Source: Ancylonema sp. (lineage: Eukaryota). Taken from it: a stretch of DNA of 20,000 nt. The translations under genes and the position numbers were made by a program. The stretch lies in contig JBFLGF010000066.1 of NCBI GenBank assembly GCA_050230475.1, positions 58,922-78,921 on the forward strand, in the 5' to 3' direction. Below the pieces are notes generated by a model, which was not told the DNA's origin, searched no databases, and saw only the letters and a list, made by a program, of their open reading frames with translations. Positions 1-10,661 of this stretch are shown piece by piece (the stretch's first letter is position 1; every line of letters begins with the position of its first letter).

Positions 1-22
1 TCTCCTCTCCCTACAGCTGTCC
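1..22 (-). CDS. Possible start of exon 2 of the Cu-ATPase (partial)
   Basis: On the minus strand, cacactcacag|GG ACA GCT GTA GGG AGA GGA is a plausible acceptor, and the reading stays open in the phase-1 frame set by the donor at 293. Too short to verify. Confidence 0.3.
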
Positions 23-293
23 CTGTGAGTGTGGGTACGTCCATCTCACTGCCTGACTAAGCATGGAGGGAGAGGCAATCGAGTCGTTCGAATTCTGAAA
101 CCTACGCGACTTGAGTCTTGCTTCTGACCACAAATTCTTTCAGTGTGCTTATCAAATATTGGTTTTTTTGTTTTTTTTTAAATAATAATAATAATGTAAA
201 TCGAGGAGGTAGCACAGCGATATGATTGTTTTCCATGCAGTTTGGAGTTTGGTAGAGAGGCCAGGCGAGGCGGGGATGACGTGTCAGCCTCAC

Positions 294-981
294 CTTCAGA
301 GTCAGCCTGCCCCAATTTACGGGCAGTGGATGGGAATCCTCGGTCCGTCAACATCTTGGCCAGCTCCTCCCCCTCAGCCTCCCCCCCCCCGTCCTCCAAG
401 ATGACCGCTGCTGTCTCTGTCACTAGATTCACAGAGGCTGTCTGCACTTGCGCGTGAGAGAGCAGCATCTTCTTTACAGATGCTGCACAGCCCCCGCACA
501 TCATCTCCTGAACATCTAGTAGAAGCGCCTGAGGACGGTGAAAGCTGACGCCGTCCGTAAGACCTAACGTTTCGGCGCTTCTCTCGAACTGGCTGGTCGC
601 CGGATCGGCCGCAGACGTCAAAGTAGCTGAAGGTGGCCCAATCCTGCGGCCCGGATTGTCTGCATCTGCGCGTAGAGGCGAAAATTTACACATCCTTCCA
701 AACCCTGTGCCCCTAAACTGCTCTGAATTAGCTGCTGACACAGAAGTGGTCCTCTGAGGAGCAGCATTGCCCCTGACAGCGGCGAGACAACCCTGATGCG
801 CACTGACGCCATACTTCACTTGAGTTCTGCACGCACTCGGCTTGTACGCAGCAGGTGATCCGTATGACAAAGACCTTCTTATTCTACGCCCTCTAGAGCC
901 CTCTAGAGCGGGTACGGGTTCATCGAGTACGTTAAATATGCCTCCGGCAGAGTGCCGGATGGCCGTCGCAATGCTAAGCAT
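294..981 (-). CDS. PAA1: First coding exon of a chloroplast copper-transporting P1B-type ATPase (PAA1/HMA6 or PAA2/HMA8 family); gene continues past the left window edge
   Basis: ATG at 981 is followed by a long Ser/Arg/Ala-rich transit-peptide-like N-terminus. Then comes an HMA domain, LLLDVQEMMCGGCAASVKKMLLSHAQVQTASVNLVTETAAV...GEELAKMLTDRGFPS, with the CGGC metal motif typical of plastid PAA1/PAA2. The frame reaches a G|GTGAGG donor (intron starts 293). ASVKK, ASVNL and the long N-terminus favour PAA1, while MMCGGC and ETAAV are PAA2-like, so the paralog call is uncertain. Confidence 0.8.
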
Positions 982-1270
982 CTACCCACTACCACTACCC
1001 GTCTTCCACGCGCATGCTTCTTTCTGACAATAGATTTACAGTGGCTTGATGCCACAGGTTGACGACGCTGCAGCTCACACGTCAGCAGCAGTCTGGGGAC
1101 TTCACCGTCAGCAAGAGATCTCGATGGGCCTGAAGCTGAGGTTGGCTGATAATGACGAGGTTCGGATGACGATCAACGCCACGGATGCAAAAATATGATG
1201 TGATTCGCTTGTGGCGCGTGGTTTTTCCTGCTCATCACATATCGTCCCCGTGATATGTATAACGAATATA

Positions 1271-1405
1271 TTTTGTCTAGTACGATCGGCTCACATATTT
1301 GTCGTTTTTAGGATATGTAGTTTCTTTACAGGCATGTTCTTGTAATGAGATGGGGTTCCCGTCGTTTTTTCAATAATAATATACAATTCGATAATATACA
1401 CTTCC
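1271..1405. repeat. Dispersed repeat, copy A (related to 12355-12470)
   Basis: ttttgtctagtacgatcggctcacatatttgtcgtttttaggatatgtagtttctttacaggcatgttcttgtaatgagatggggttcccgtcgtttttt...ataatatacactt aligns with copy B in the same orientation. Differences are scattered substitutions plus a local duplication of ataatataca. Confidence 0.9.
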
Positions 1406-1861
1406 CCGATAATATAATAACGAAGTATATTCAAGTTATTGGCACACTCTTTACAGACGCATATCGCATTACTAGCACAGAAATGCCTAGAGCCGACATG
1501 CCCCTAACGGCCACGAGGCCTTTGTTTTAAACGCCGATCAACCGATAAGTCGAAGTAGCATTGAAAAAAATGTTCAGCGACATGGTGGACGCCGTCCCCG
1601 AGCTCGAGGAGCAATAATCTAGAATCTCCACCTAACGAGCGCATTTGTCCTAAGGGCCCCTAGCAAACGTGCGTGTCATGCGATGTGCATGTCACATACA
1701 CGTTATCAACATCTTTGTCGTGTGCCTTATGGGCATCCCCGAAAATGTGCCTAAAAAGAGAATTGCAGTTGATGGTTTCGACGTGTCATGCCTCGAGCGA
1801 CGTGATCTCTCTTCTTGTGGAAGCTCCGCCGTAGTTGCATAGACCGGCTAGATATGGATTT

Positions 1862-1936
1862 CAGACCGCAGTCTAAACTGGCAGACCGCGGCGTAAATTG
1901 GCAGACCACGCTCCATGCAGTCTAAAACGCAGTCTG
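1862..1936. repeat. Short degenerate tandem repeat, 20-bp period (cagaccgcagtctaaactgg-like, 3 starts)
   Basis: cagacc occurs at 1862, 1882 and 1902; gcagtct recurs at 1868, 1917 and 1930. Confidence 0.6.
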
Positions 1937-2564
1937 CTAGGGATTAGACCTAGGTCTACATTTCCTTGGTTTATAAAATGGTTTAAGGTCTGTGCTACTA
2001 TGAGCTGCGTACGATTTTTGAGTGAGACCGACAGTTGAATGGACTAAAAGCCTCATCAACCATCCTTGTCTTGAGGGAAAGAGTGTGCGGCGTAGTCTAT
2101 TGACGAAATCATGCTCTTTCATTACGATACATGAGGACAATATACAAAGCGCTTTTTAAATTACCCTCTTGTCAACATGCATTCACTCATATTATCATGG
2201 CCATTATTTAGGTGCAAGCGATGACAGGATATCACCTAACCTAAGGACAATTTGAGCGACACACTTAACATCCACATAATTACAACCCAGTCGTGCAATC
2301 CCGACAGTGATGCATCAATCCATTCAGCAGAAGTTTTCGAACCAAATTTATATGCGATCCGAATTTGAGAATGTCTAATTTTTGCCTCAACGTGCTCCAT
2401 CTTTCATGATTACTTTACGTGCATGAGGATATCAAACGTCAACTCCCAAAAAGAAGTATAGGAGGGTAAGTTGCCCCATGATTTACTTCCGTCATACATA
2501 GTCAACCGCAAAAACACAATGTTGTATACAAGTTAAAATTTTGCATTTTTCATTCCCTTGCATC

Positions 2565-4149
2565 CTATCTTGACTTGGGAGATTCAGCCCCTTGAAGAGG
2601 CGACACTTCAGAATTTGAAGCCACTCTATTCTCAAGTCTTCGCTGCATTCGCTGAATCGCCTCTCCAACCCCATCTCGGTCCTCCCGTCTGTCATCCACT
2701 GGACTTGTTGTAATCTCAACGGGTGGCATCAGCCGGAATAGGTTGGCTTGCAATAATCCTGTTCCAAAAAAGTGTACCAACTGTCACTCAAGCCGACAAA
2801 CATTCGAGGATAAACTTGGACACACGTGAACATTATTTAAAAGGTGGAGTTTTTAACTTTCTGACTCAATTGTGAGAGACCCGGGTGAGAGACCCTTCAT
2901 GATTGACAACAGCAGTTTGCAAACACAGGGGTAGGATGCAAACTTATCGATACCCTTGTTGGATGAGTAGAAGGAAACTCACCGAATGGCAAGGAGAGCA
3001 CACCACCCACAACAGCCCCGAAGAGGGCGCCTTGTAACCTTTTCGGTACAGTCCCAGGTGCTGCAAGCACAACCTTAAGTTTAGTGACACAGATGTTTGA
3101 TTTCGCAAACCATGTTATTCCAAAGTAACCACTCAAGACCTTGGCAATACTCGAGAAGGACTTGCGCAATTTTTCCTCCTAGTCGATTCTGCTTTCATGG
3201 TTTAGCCAGATACAACCTAGTAGGACCTACCTGCAAGTCCAAGGGCACTTGCAGAAATAGATCCAGCAGCCACGGTGTTCAGGGTATCTCTGGTCTCTCG
3301 CAACACTGAAAGCCCAAGCTGAACTCCTGAAAACAGACTTGTCAAGGCTCCCACTGCCATGCCCCCACGGACAGTTCCCTTGGATATCTGGACCAGTCGC
3401 CGCTCCATAGAGTGACGCTGGCGGGCTCTGCTGGTGCCTAAAAACTGGGTCTCTACGCTACTAGGCTCAAGGTGTGCGCCTAGTGGCGAGCTACCCCCTG
3501 GTGCAGTCCTCGGAGGGAGAAGGGCTTCCCGTTGACTCTGCACAGGTGATGTGGCAAAATCACCTTTATCGATGACTAGCCGCGTGTTAACATGTATAGG
3601 TCTACAAATGGAATTGGGGTATATCGGCTTGCCACCTCAATGAAGTAAGTGCCAAGTGAAATTTTGACGGCAGGAGTAGCACACCTTCGGCCACTGAATG
3701 ACGAAATAACAACGTGCAGCTCAGATGATGCTTTGACCGTACGGGTGATGGAGAAGCTGCTTCTCTCAATCCGCCGTACATCATGCCCGCTAGTATTCCG
3801 ATTGTTGTTGTAGTTCCCCACTCCTCAACCTCGACCGGAAGTCGTTGAGCCTGCAAGTCAGAAAATCTCCAGGCATTCACTTCAGCGCCTTAAAACATCG
3901 AAGAACTATACCAGTATTTGTGTCCTTCACGGAATTTTGAACCAAACAGCGGTTGCGACACTACATAGTATTGCCGTTCTCCATATGCAGGCGTGGAATC
4001 CGTAGATCACACCTAAGACGATTTCCTGGCCCTGAATGCACGTATCCTGCTCTGGTCTCAAGAAGACGGCAATAATTGTTTGTTAGAATTGGGATAAATA
4101 ATTGGAATACCTCTGGTCGAAATCCCTCGTCATCGCTTTGTGCTGCCAT
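2565..4149 (-). CDS. Tim17/Tim22/Tim23 (PRAT) family membrane protein, similar from memory to the Arabidopsis At5g63000-type member
   Basis: Phase-consistent GT-AG exons: 4149-4111, 3850-3743, 3537-3231 (possibly split by a 57-nt intron at 3494-3438), 3060-2983 and 2758-2565 (TAG). The spliced protein has glycine-zipper TM segments: GILAGMMYGGLREA; MERRLVQISKGTVRGGMAVGALTSLFSGVQ; RDTLNTVAAGSISASALG; LFGAVVGGVLSLPFG. It has a C-terminal GVGEAIQRMQRRL segment. Confidence 0.85.
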
Positions 4150-5042
4150 ACTTGTAAACGTTGATCAACAATTGCATTTGTTGCTCAGAGCCCACGGTCG
4201 TCTCGGATAGATGAATAAAATAACACTTGCAATTTTTACAGGGGACAGCGCACGTTGTCTTCACAACGAGCTCACCAGCTGCAGGACGGTGTACACAGCA
4301 GGTACAAATTATCGGGAAGGGGCAAGCGTTAGCGTTAGGTTAGCTTAACCTACGGCTAGGTATGTGTCACAAATTATAACTAACAGAGCGCACTCCATAA
4401 CCGGCTATTAGAATCGCAGGAGTTTTTCACAGCAAATTGGACAGTCTCCATCATACGAATTCTCAAAATTTGGGGCATCGATCGATCCAAGCAGTTGGGT
4501 TAAATATGCTAATATGCTAACTGATGTCAGATCGCAATTCAAGTTACGATCGTTTTGTCACTTCTCCGTCAAACGCGCAGTGTTTTGCCTACGTGGATTA
4601 AATATCGAGGAACCAATGAGGGATCGATGATATGGAATATAAAATTTGTACATTTGTATTTAAATTGGGATTTGTCAGCAGCACTCCACAGAACCAAGCA
4701 CAAAATGAAATTTAATCCACGATCCTTCATATATCTTCCTGCAATTTTTTCTCCATCGCGCCCGCATTTTTTAGAAAGTAAAAATCAAATTCAATCAGAT
4801 CATTGATTGGATTGGATAAATTACGCTTTCGCTTTCGCAAGGACGATGGAACGTCGGGACGGATCACGACTTTGGTGACGTCCAACGTGACAATCGTCTG
4901 AAGTCCAGGAAGACGTCACTGGTGGCGTCCTGCTCGCGCGTGAGATCCCTTTCCGTGTCATCTCTGCCATTGTGTCCATCCGCATTGCTGGTGGACACAT
5001 TTCGTAATCACCTCTCAGGTCCCATCGAACGGAGCAAATAAC
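4150..5042. promoter_or_regulatory. Head-to-head intergenic region between the PRAT gene and the RhoGAP gene (candidate bidirectional promoter plus 5' UTRs)
   Basis: The divergent start codons at 4149 (-) and 5043 (+) are about 0.9 kb apart, with an AT-rich core around 4600-4820. Based on position only. Confidence 0.4.
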
Positions 5043-8000
5043 ATGAGCGTGAGTGCGCCCGGCACCCCCGAAAAGTCCCGTGGGAGTGGAGGGCAAGTGC
5101 ACAAAACAGGATGGCTGGCGGTCTCTTCTAAAGGTACTGGCAGCTGCACATTGTGGTTCATGATAACGATGGGAAGCGTCCCGTACACGCTTCCACCTTG
5201 GGACCGGAGGGGGCATTTTTGCTTTGACACCAGCCGGAAACTTTAGAGTAGGTATACGAGTACGGTATACGGGTAGGTATACAAGTACCGGGCACGGTAG
5301 AAATTTCCATTCAGCAGTTTCGGTCCTCCCTATCGAAGGTTCCAGAGTAGACCTCAGTAAATGTGGCACTTGTTGAGGATATAGACCTGGCACGCACCAA
5401 TGCAGGACATATGAGTCGGTCGCTGCGCGTTTGCGTTCGCGTTTGCGTATCTGGTGCCAATGTGGTTCACTTCGGGGCACAGGTTTGGGTTGGAAGTCAT
5501 GGAAGCGTCGCTGGTTTCTCCTCACTCGGACGTCTCTCGTGTTTTTCAAAATGGAACCGGTACATATCCCAGCCCCCATGGCATGGTCCTACAATGAATT
5601 TATAAAAACTTCACGTACCGAACAGATCCCTCCCAACACGAGCCTAGCACTCTGCCAGGTCGTCCCACGAGCGTCGAGTTTGAGGGGTTCACACTTTGTG
5701 GCATTCAAATGCAGAAGGGCAGCATCCACGGGTCGGTGGCACTAGGGGGCATTGACCTCAACACCTCTGGCAGGTCAGTTGACTTGTCCCCGCATTGCGC
5801 CCTGTTGCGCCTCTATTGCGCCCCGTTTGCGCCGTTTTTGGCCCAGATTCACATTCAGGCGACTTGTAAGAAAGAAAGCAGAAAACGAGCCTCCTATGTT
5901 CCCTAACCTCCGAAACTTTTCTTCTCGCAATCTCTGCACCAGTGTGCACGTGCGGCTGGAAAAGAAGCTCATCACTCTTCTCTTCCCCGATGGCCGAGCG
6001 TTCACACTCAAAGTACACCCCTGGGTCCGGGTTGGGTTTGGAGGCTAGAAGGATTGAAAAGTCTAGAAAACAGCAGGGAAGAAGGTCTCAACTCCATCTG
6101 GGGGGTGCTTACAGAGAAGACTGTTCAGTATGTCTCAGACTGAAGGGGTGGTAGTGTGAATTATTGATTGCGCCTGTAGAAGAGGGCGCTCAGGTCCATG
6201 TGGCAGAATAGGCTGCACTTCAGGGATTGAAGTCGCTCAGTCAGTGACACCTGTCATACTTGGAAGGCAGTCAGCAGCATTGACAAGGAATCTTCTCGGT
6301 TGCTTCCCGCATTTACTGACGAGGTGGATCATCCAGATGATCCCCCTGGCTGACCTAAAATTCCACATTTTTTGATTTTTTGATTTTTTATATAAGGACC
6401 TCATCATTGGATACAGCAAATCTTCGGCAACAGGTCAAACAAAAATTATGCTCCCTGCACACCCTCTGTTTCTTTCACCTGTCAATTGCAATCATCCCCC
6501 CCAAGCCAGGTGCTTACAGCCCCAGGGGGCCATGCTATCATCCTGCCTCACCCCACCCCCACCCCTCCCCTCCCCCACCCCAATCCCAGACGGAGACCAA
6601 TGAGGAGCTGGAGGAGTGGAAGGATGCACTCGAGCGAGCCCATTTGGCGGCCCCCATCGCTGCAGTCATGGCCAGTCCTGACGGGATCTTCCAGACCGAG
6701 GGCCTAGATGGACTGTCGGATTTCGGCAGCGAGCACTCCGGGGCTTGGGGTACGAGGTCCGCACTCCTCGGAATGCCCCTGGGGATCCCCAGCTGAGGGG
6801 GGCGGGGGAGCGGTTGGGGGGCAGGAGGGAGTCGGCGCCCAGTGCGGTCGTTGGTGGTGGGGCGGCCCATCCTGCTGGCACTGGAGGATATCGATGGCAG
6901 CCCCTCATTCCTGGAAAAAGCCCTGCGCCACGTGGAGACGTATGGTAGGCACACAGGGGCGGATCACCCGCACTTGGGGCTGCTCTTGGCAGGGGGGGGG
7001 GTGGTTGCATAAGGGTCCAATTGGGGGCCATAAGGAGTGTAGAAGATGCTGCTGACGTGGCACGCGTGTGTGTGTGCTGGCAGGTGTGAAAGTGGAGGGT
7101 ATCCTGAGGGAGTCTGCTGATGTGTCGTTGGTGGAGAAGAGGGTGGCTGAGTACGAGCAAGGTGAGGAGGGGTGTCCTCCCTTTCTTTCCCACCACCTCA
7201 TCCAGCATGTTGATTTGCGAAGTACTCGTTCTGAGTTCGAGAGTCTCCTGGGCGACAGGGAGGGTCGAGTTTGAGGACGATGAGAACGTGCATGTGGTGG
7301 GCGACTGCATCAAGGTGACCTGCACACATGGAAGGGCTGGGATGGGGGGGCGGGATGAGATGGGGTTCATGACAGAGGGGAGGCTGGGGTTTCAGCACGT
7401 TTTGCGCGAACTGCCATCATCTCCCGTGGCTTCCGCCTGCTGCCTGGCTCTCATCCTATGCCTGGGTACACCCCAGACCCGCAAGTCCCGATCCCGATTT
7501 CGAAACCCCAAACCCCAAAGCTTAAACCCGAAACCCTAAACTCGCATTACTGGCGAGAAACCCCAGATCTCGACCCACCAATCCGTGGCACCCTCTGGTT
7601 GGGCAGGCTTGGAGGACGGGAGTGCCAAGCTGGAGGCCCTGCGGATGGCGACCCGCGAAACCTTTCCTGAACCCAACAGGAGACTACTGCAGAGGTGCCA
7701 CCTCCCCCACATCCCTCTCTCTGTTGCGATCTCCTGAGGATGCCCCCCCCCCCCTCTCTGTTGCAGACTCCTGAAGATGATGCGCGCCGTGGCTGCCGGC
7801 CAGGAGCAGAACCGAATGAGCCGGTCCGGGGTGGCGGCTTGCATGGCCCCCCTCCTCCTGCGACCCCTGCTGGCGGGGGAGTGCAACCCAGGAAGCGAGG
7901 AGGAAGGTTCCAAGGAAGCCGCCGAGGGCGCCCAGATCCGGGCGGCTGCCAGAGAGGCCACCCAGGCTCAGGCCATCGTCGTACTGCTCATGGACAACTA

Positions 8001-10661
8001 CGTCGACATCTTCCCTGTAAGGGGAAGTGGGGGGGGAGATTTGGCAACACCTGTCCTTTTGACTCTTACCCTTCATCCCCTCCCCCCTCCCCCCTCCCAG
8101 CCGGAAGAGTACCTGACGCAAAGCGGCCTCCTGTCCCTTCGCCCCTTCTCTGCTGCCGCCCTGTGGCACACCATGGAGGTGGACGATACAGTGGAGGAGT
8201 TTGCGGAGGAGGAGGAGGAGGACAGCCAGACAGACACGCCACGCAGCGGGGCGGAGGGGGGAGGGGGGGGGGGAGAGTGCGTGGGGGCGGAGTGAGGCCG
8301 ATTCGGACATGGACAGTCAGGGGGCGGGGTTACTGGCTGGGGGCGGGGGGAGCCCTTTCAGGGTAAGAGTTGGGTTTGAGGGGTAAGGGTTGGCGCGAAC
8401 ATTATGAGTCTGTGTCTGTCGTTGGTAGTCTGGGGGAGTGAGGGGGGAGTGAGGAGGGAGTGGGTGTTTATTTTGCTGCAGATGCAGGGTGCTGACCCTA
8501 CCTTCTCCTTTCAGAGCAGTGGGTTGGGGAGAAAGGTGGAGGAGGATGGAGTGGGGGTTGGGGAGGGGGGAGGGGAGGTTCCAGATTCGGTCTCTGCAAC
8601 TCTCAAAACGCTTCAAGCGGGCGGGGGGGGGAAGGAGAAGAAGCCTCGTGTGGGGGAGAGGAGGCTGAAGGCCGATGTCTGGAGAGATGTGAGTCTGCCA
8701 GCTGCCAGCTGCCAGCTCATTGCAAGGGGCTGTGTATGCACTGGGTGCTGACGTGGCACTGTGTGGTCGGCAGAGCGGGGAGAGGAGGTTGGGCGAACCC
8801 AATGATGACGAGTGAGCGGGCCCCATCTCAGAGCATCCGCCCCTATGGTCACTCATACCTGGGTAGTGTGTTTCCTCGGTATAGGCACAGTTGTTGGTAT
8901 AGGCACACTTCAGGCTCTGAGGGCTGTTGCGGTGCGTGTCCCGCAGGGCGCACCTGCACGTGTTGGAACTCACGAGGCAGGATCTGAAAGCCTCCTTGTC
9001 GAGGGTGGTGGGGATGGTGGGATGGGATGGGAAGGAGTGGCATCGGCATCGGTGGCCCTGTGACGGTGGGTGGGGGGGAGTGACTTGTGGGTGTGCAGAT
9101 CCGGGCGAACGGGGTGCTGAAGGACAGCTTGGCGGCGAAAAAGGCGGCGCTGGCAGAAAAGAGACTGGAGCTGCAGAAAGAGGTGGCAAAGTTATGAAGG
9201 GGGTGGCAAAAGGGGTAGAATACCTTTGATTGTATGATCTCTTAAACCAATCCTCTCCTTCTCCTAACCCTCACTTTTGTGCCAATGAGGGGCTGCCAGG
9301 TGGAGGCCATCCGGGAGCAGGTGCAGACTCATAGGGACGCCCAGGTGGCAGCACAAGAGAGGGGGGGGCCGGGGACTGAGGCTGTTCCGGACGGACAGGT
9401 GTGACAACGAGGGGGGGGGGGGGGAGGTGGCAGGTGGATGGGCTGGGAGTAATAGTTGGGGGGGGGGGCTGGGGGATGGGGGCTGGCAGACGCAGATGGC
9501 CTTGGCGGAGATTGGCAGTGTGGAGAAAGATGTGCAAAGTCTGAAACAGGAGCTGGGTTTGCTGCAGCGACAGGTGGCGCACTATCAGCGGCAGCACCAG
9601 CAGACGACAGCGACAGCTGTGACGACGTCAGAGAGGCGGGAGAAAATTCAGGGGCTCTTTTCGCTCAAGTGAGGATTACAGAGACGGAGTCGGTATCAAA
9701 GTCCAGTCCAGCGGAATTCGAAACATCTACAAGTTATGAAATGGGGGGATGTTTATATGAAGTGGTAACTTATAAGCTCTGGTGGGTGATTTGATCTACC
9801 AAAGTTAGTGTACTCCTACACCTCAACCCCGGGTGTACGGAGTACTGAGATGTGTATCCATAAGCAGTCATGAGTAGATGAAGGGGAACAGTTATGAATT
9901 GCGACAAGTCTTACAGTACCTGACCGTGGCCCCTGAGGGGGTTGGGGTTCAGAGGCCAGCTGCAAGTGGAGCTGGAGCGCACCATGGCCCTGTGTCTGGC
10001 AGAGCAGCAGAAGAACACCCAGCTGGAGGAGAAGAGGAAGAGGGAGGACCCCCAGAGTCTCCAGCTGTCGGTCGCACAGCAGAGAGCCTCCCTGGCCGAG
10101 GCGCAGGTGAGGGGGGGGGGGCAGCTCTTCTTTCCAGACACGAGTACTGAGTGGAGTGCTCAGAGCTGGAGTGGGGCTGGCTTTCTGCAGGCGGCCCTCC
10201 AGGCAGAGATGTCCCGCGGCCGAGAACTGCGGCGGCGAATGCAGGCAGCCCAGCAGGCTGCAGCAGCAAACGGGGGGGGGGGCCAGGGGGGGGATGGGGG
10301 GCTAAGCGAGCAAGGGGTAGGGGAAATTTGGCCCAATCGGCTGGGGAGGGTGGGGAGCGGGTTCAAAGAGGATGGGTGGGGTAATGTGGATCAAGGCACA
10401 GGCGGGGGGGAAGATGGGGACAACTTAGGGGGACTGCAGGGAAGAAGGGTGAAGGGATGGGAGGGGGTGGGGGGGCTGGGGGGTCCAGAGGTGCCTGGGG
10501 GGAATGTCACATCGTTCGCTGAACTGAGCTCGCAGTTGGAGCAATTTAAAGAGAAGAGGTCGCAGCTGATGCACCAGCTGTCAGCGCTGTCAGCAGAGCC
10601 TTTGAGCCCCCTTAGCAAGTCACACACGGCAGGGGTGGGGGGAGGGACTGCCAAGGAGTAG
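5043..10661 (+). CDS. REN1: PH-domain Rho/ROP GTPase-activating protein (REN1/PHGAP family) with C-terminal coiled coils, ~20 exons
   Basis: Exons: 5043-5133, 5483-5559, 5715-5773, 5943-6012, 6590-6749, 6825-6944, 7084-7161, 7259-7314, 7396-7465, 7607-7694, 7767-8016, 8101-8362 (frame break at G11, 8263-8273), 8482-8688, 8774-8811, 8947-9007, 9099-9182, 9300-9398, 9490-9668, 9953-10106, 10191-10661. PH motifs: SSKGLGWKSWKRRWFLLTRTSLVFFK, LGGIDLNTSGSV, LFPDGRAFTLK. GAP motifs: GRPILLALEDIDGSPSFLEKAL, GVKVEGILR (arginine finger), LRELPSSPV, FPEPNRRLLQR, NRMSRSGVAACMAPLLLRPLLAGEC. The C-terminal ELSSQLEQFKEKRSQL segment matches the family tail. Exon boundaries 3' of 8100 are less certain. Confidence 0.92.
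7503..7541 (-). repeat. Degenerate telomere-like repeat (AAACCCN) in a RhoGAP intron
   Basis: aaaccccaaaccccaaagcttaaacccgaaaccctaaac has a 7-bp period and includes one AAACCCTA. Confidence 0.7.

Noticed and set aside
4821..5579. 252-aa minus-strand ORF
   Set aside because: It is antisense to RhoGAP exons 1-2 and has no recognisable domain.
6538..9189. Multiple long Pro/Ser-rich minus-strand ORFs (e.g. 6666-7370, 7684-8310, 8317-9189)
   Set aside because: They are antisense shadows of the GC/G-rich RhoGAP gene, where stops are rare.
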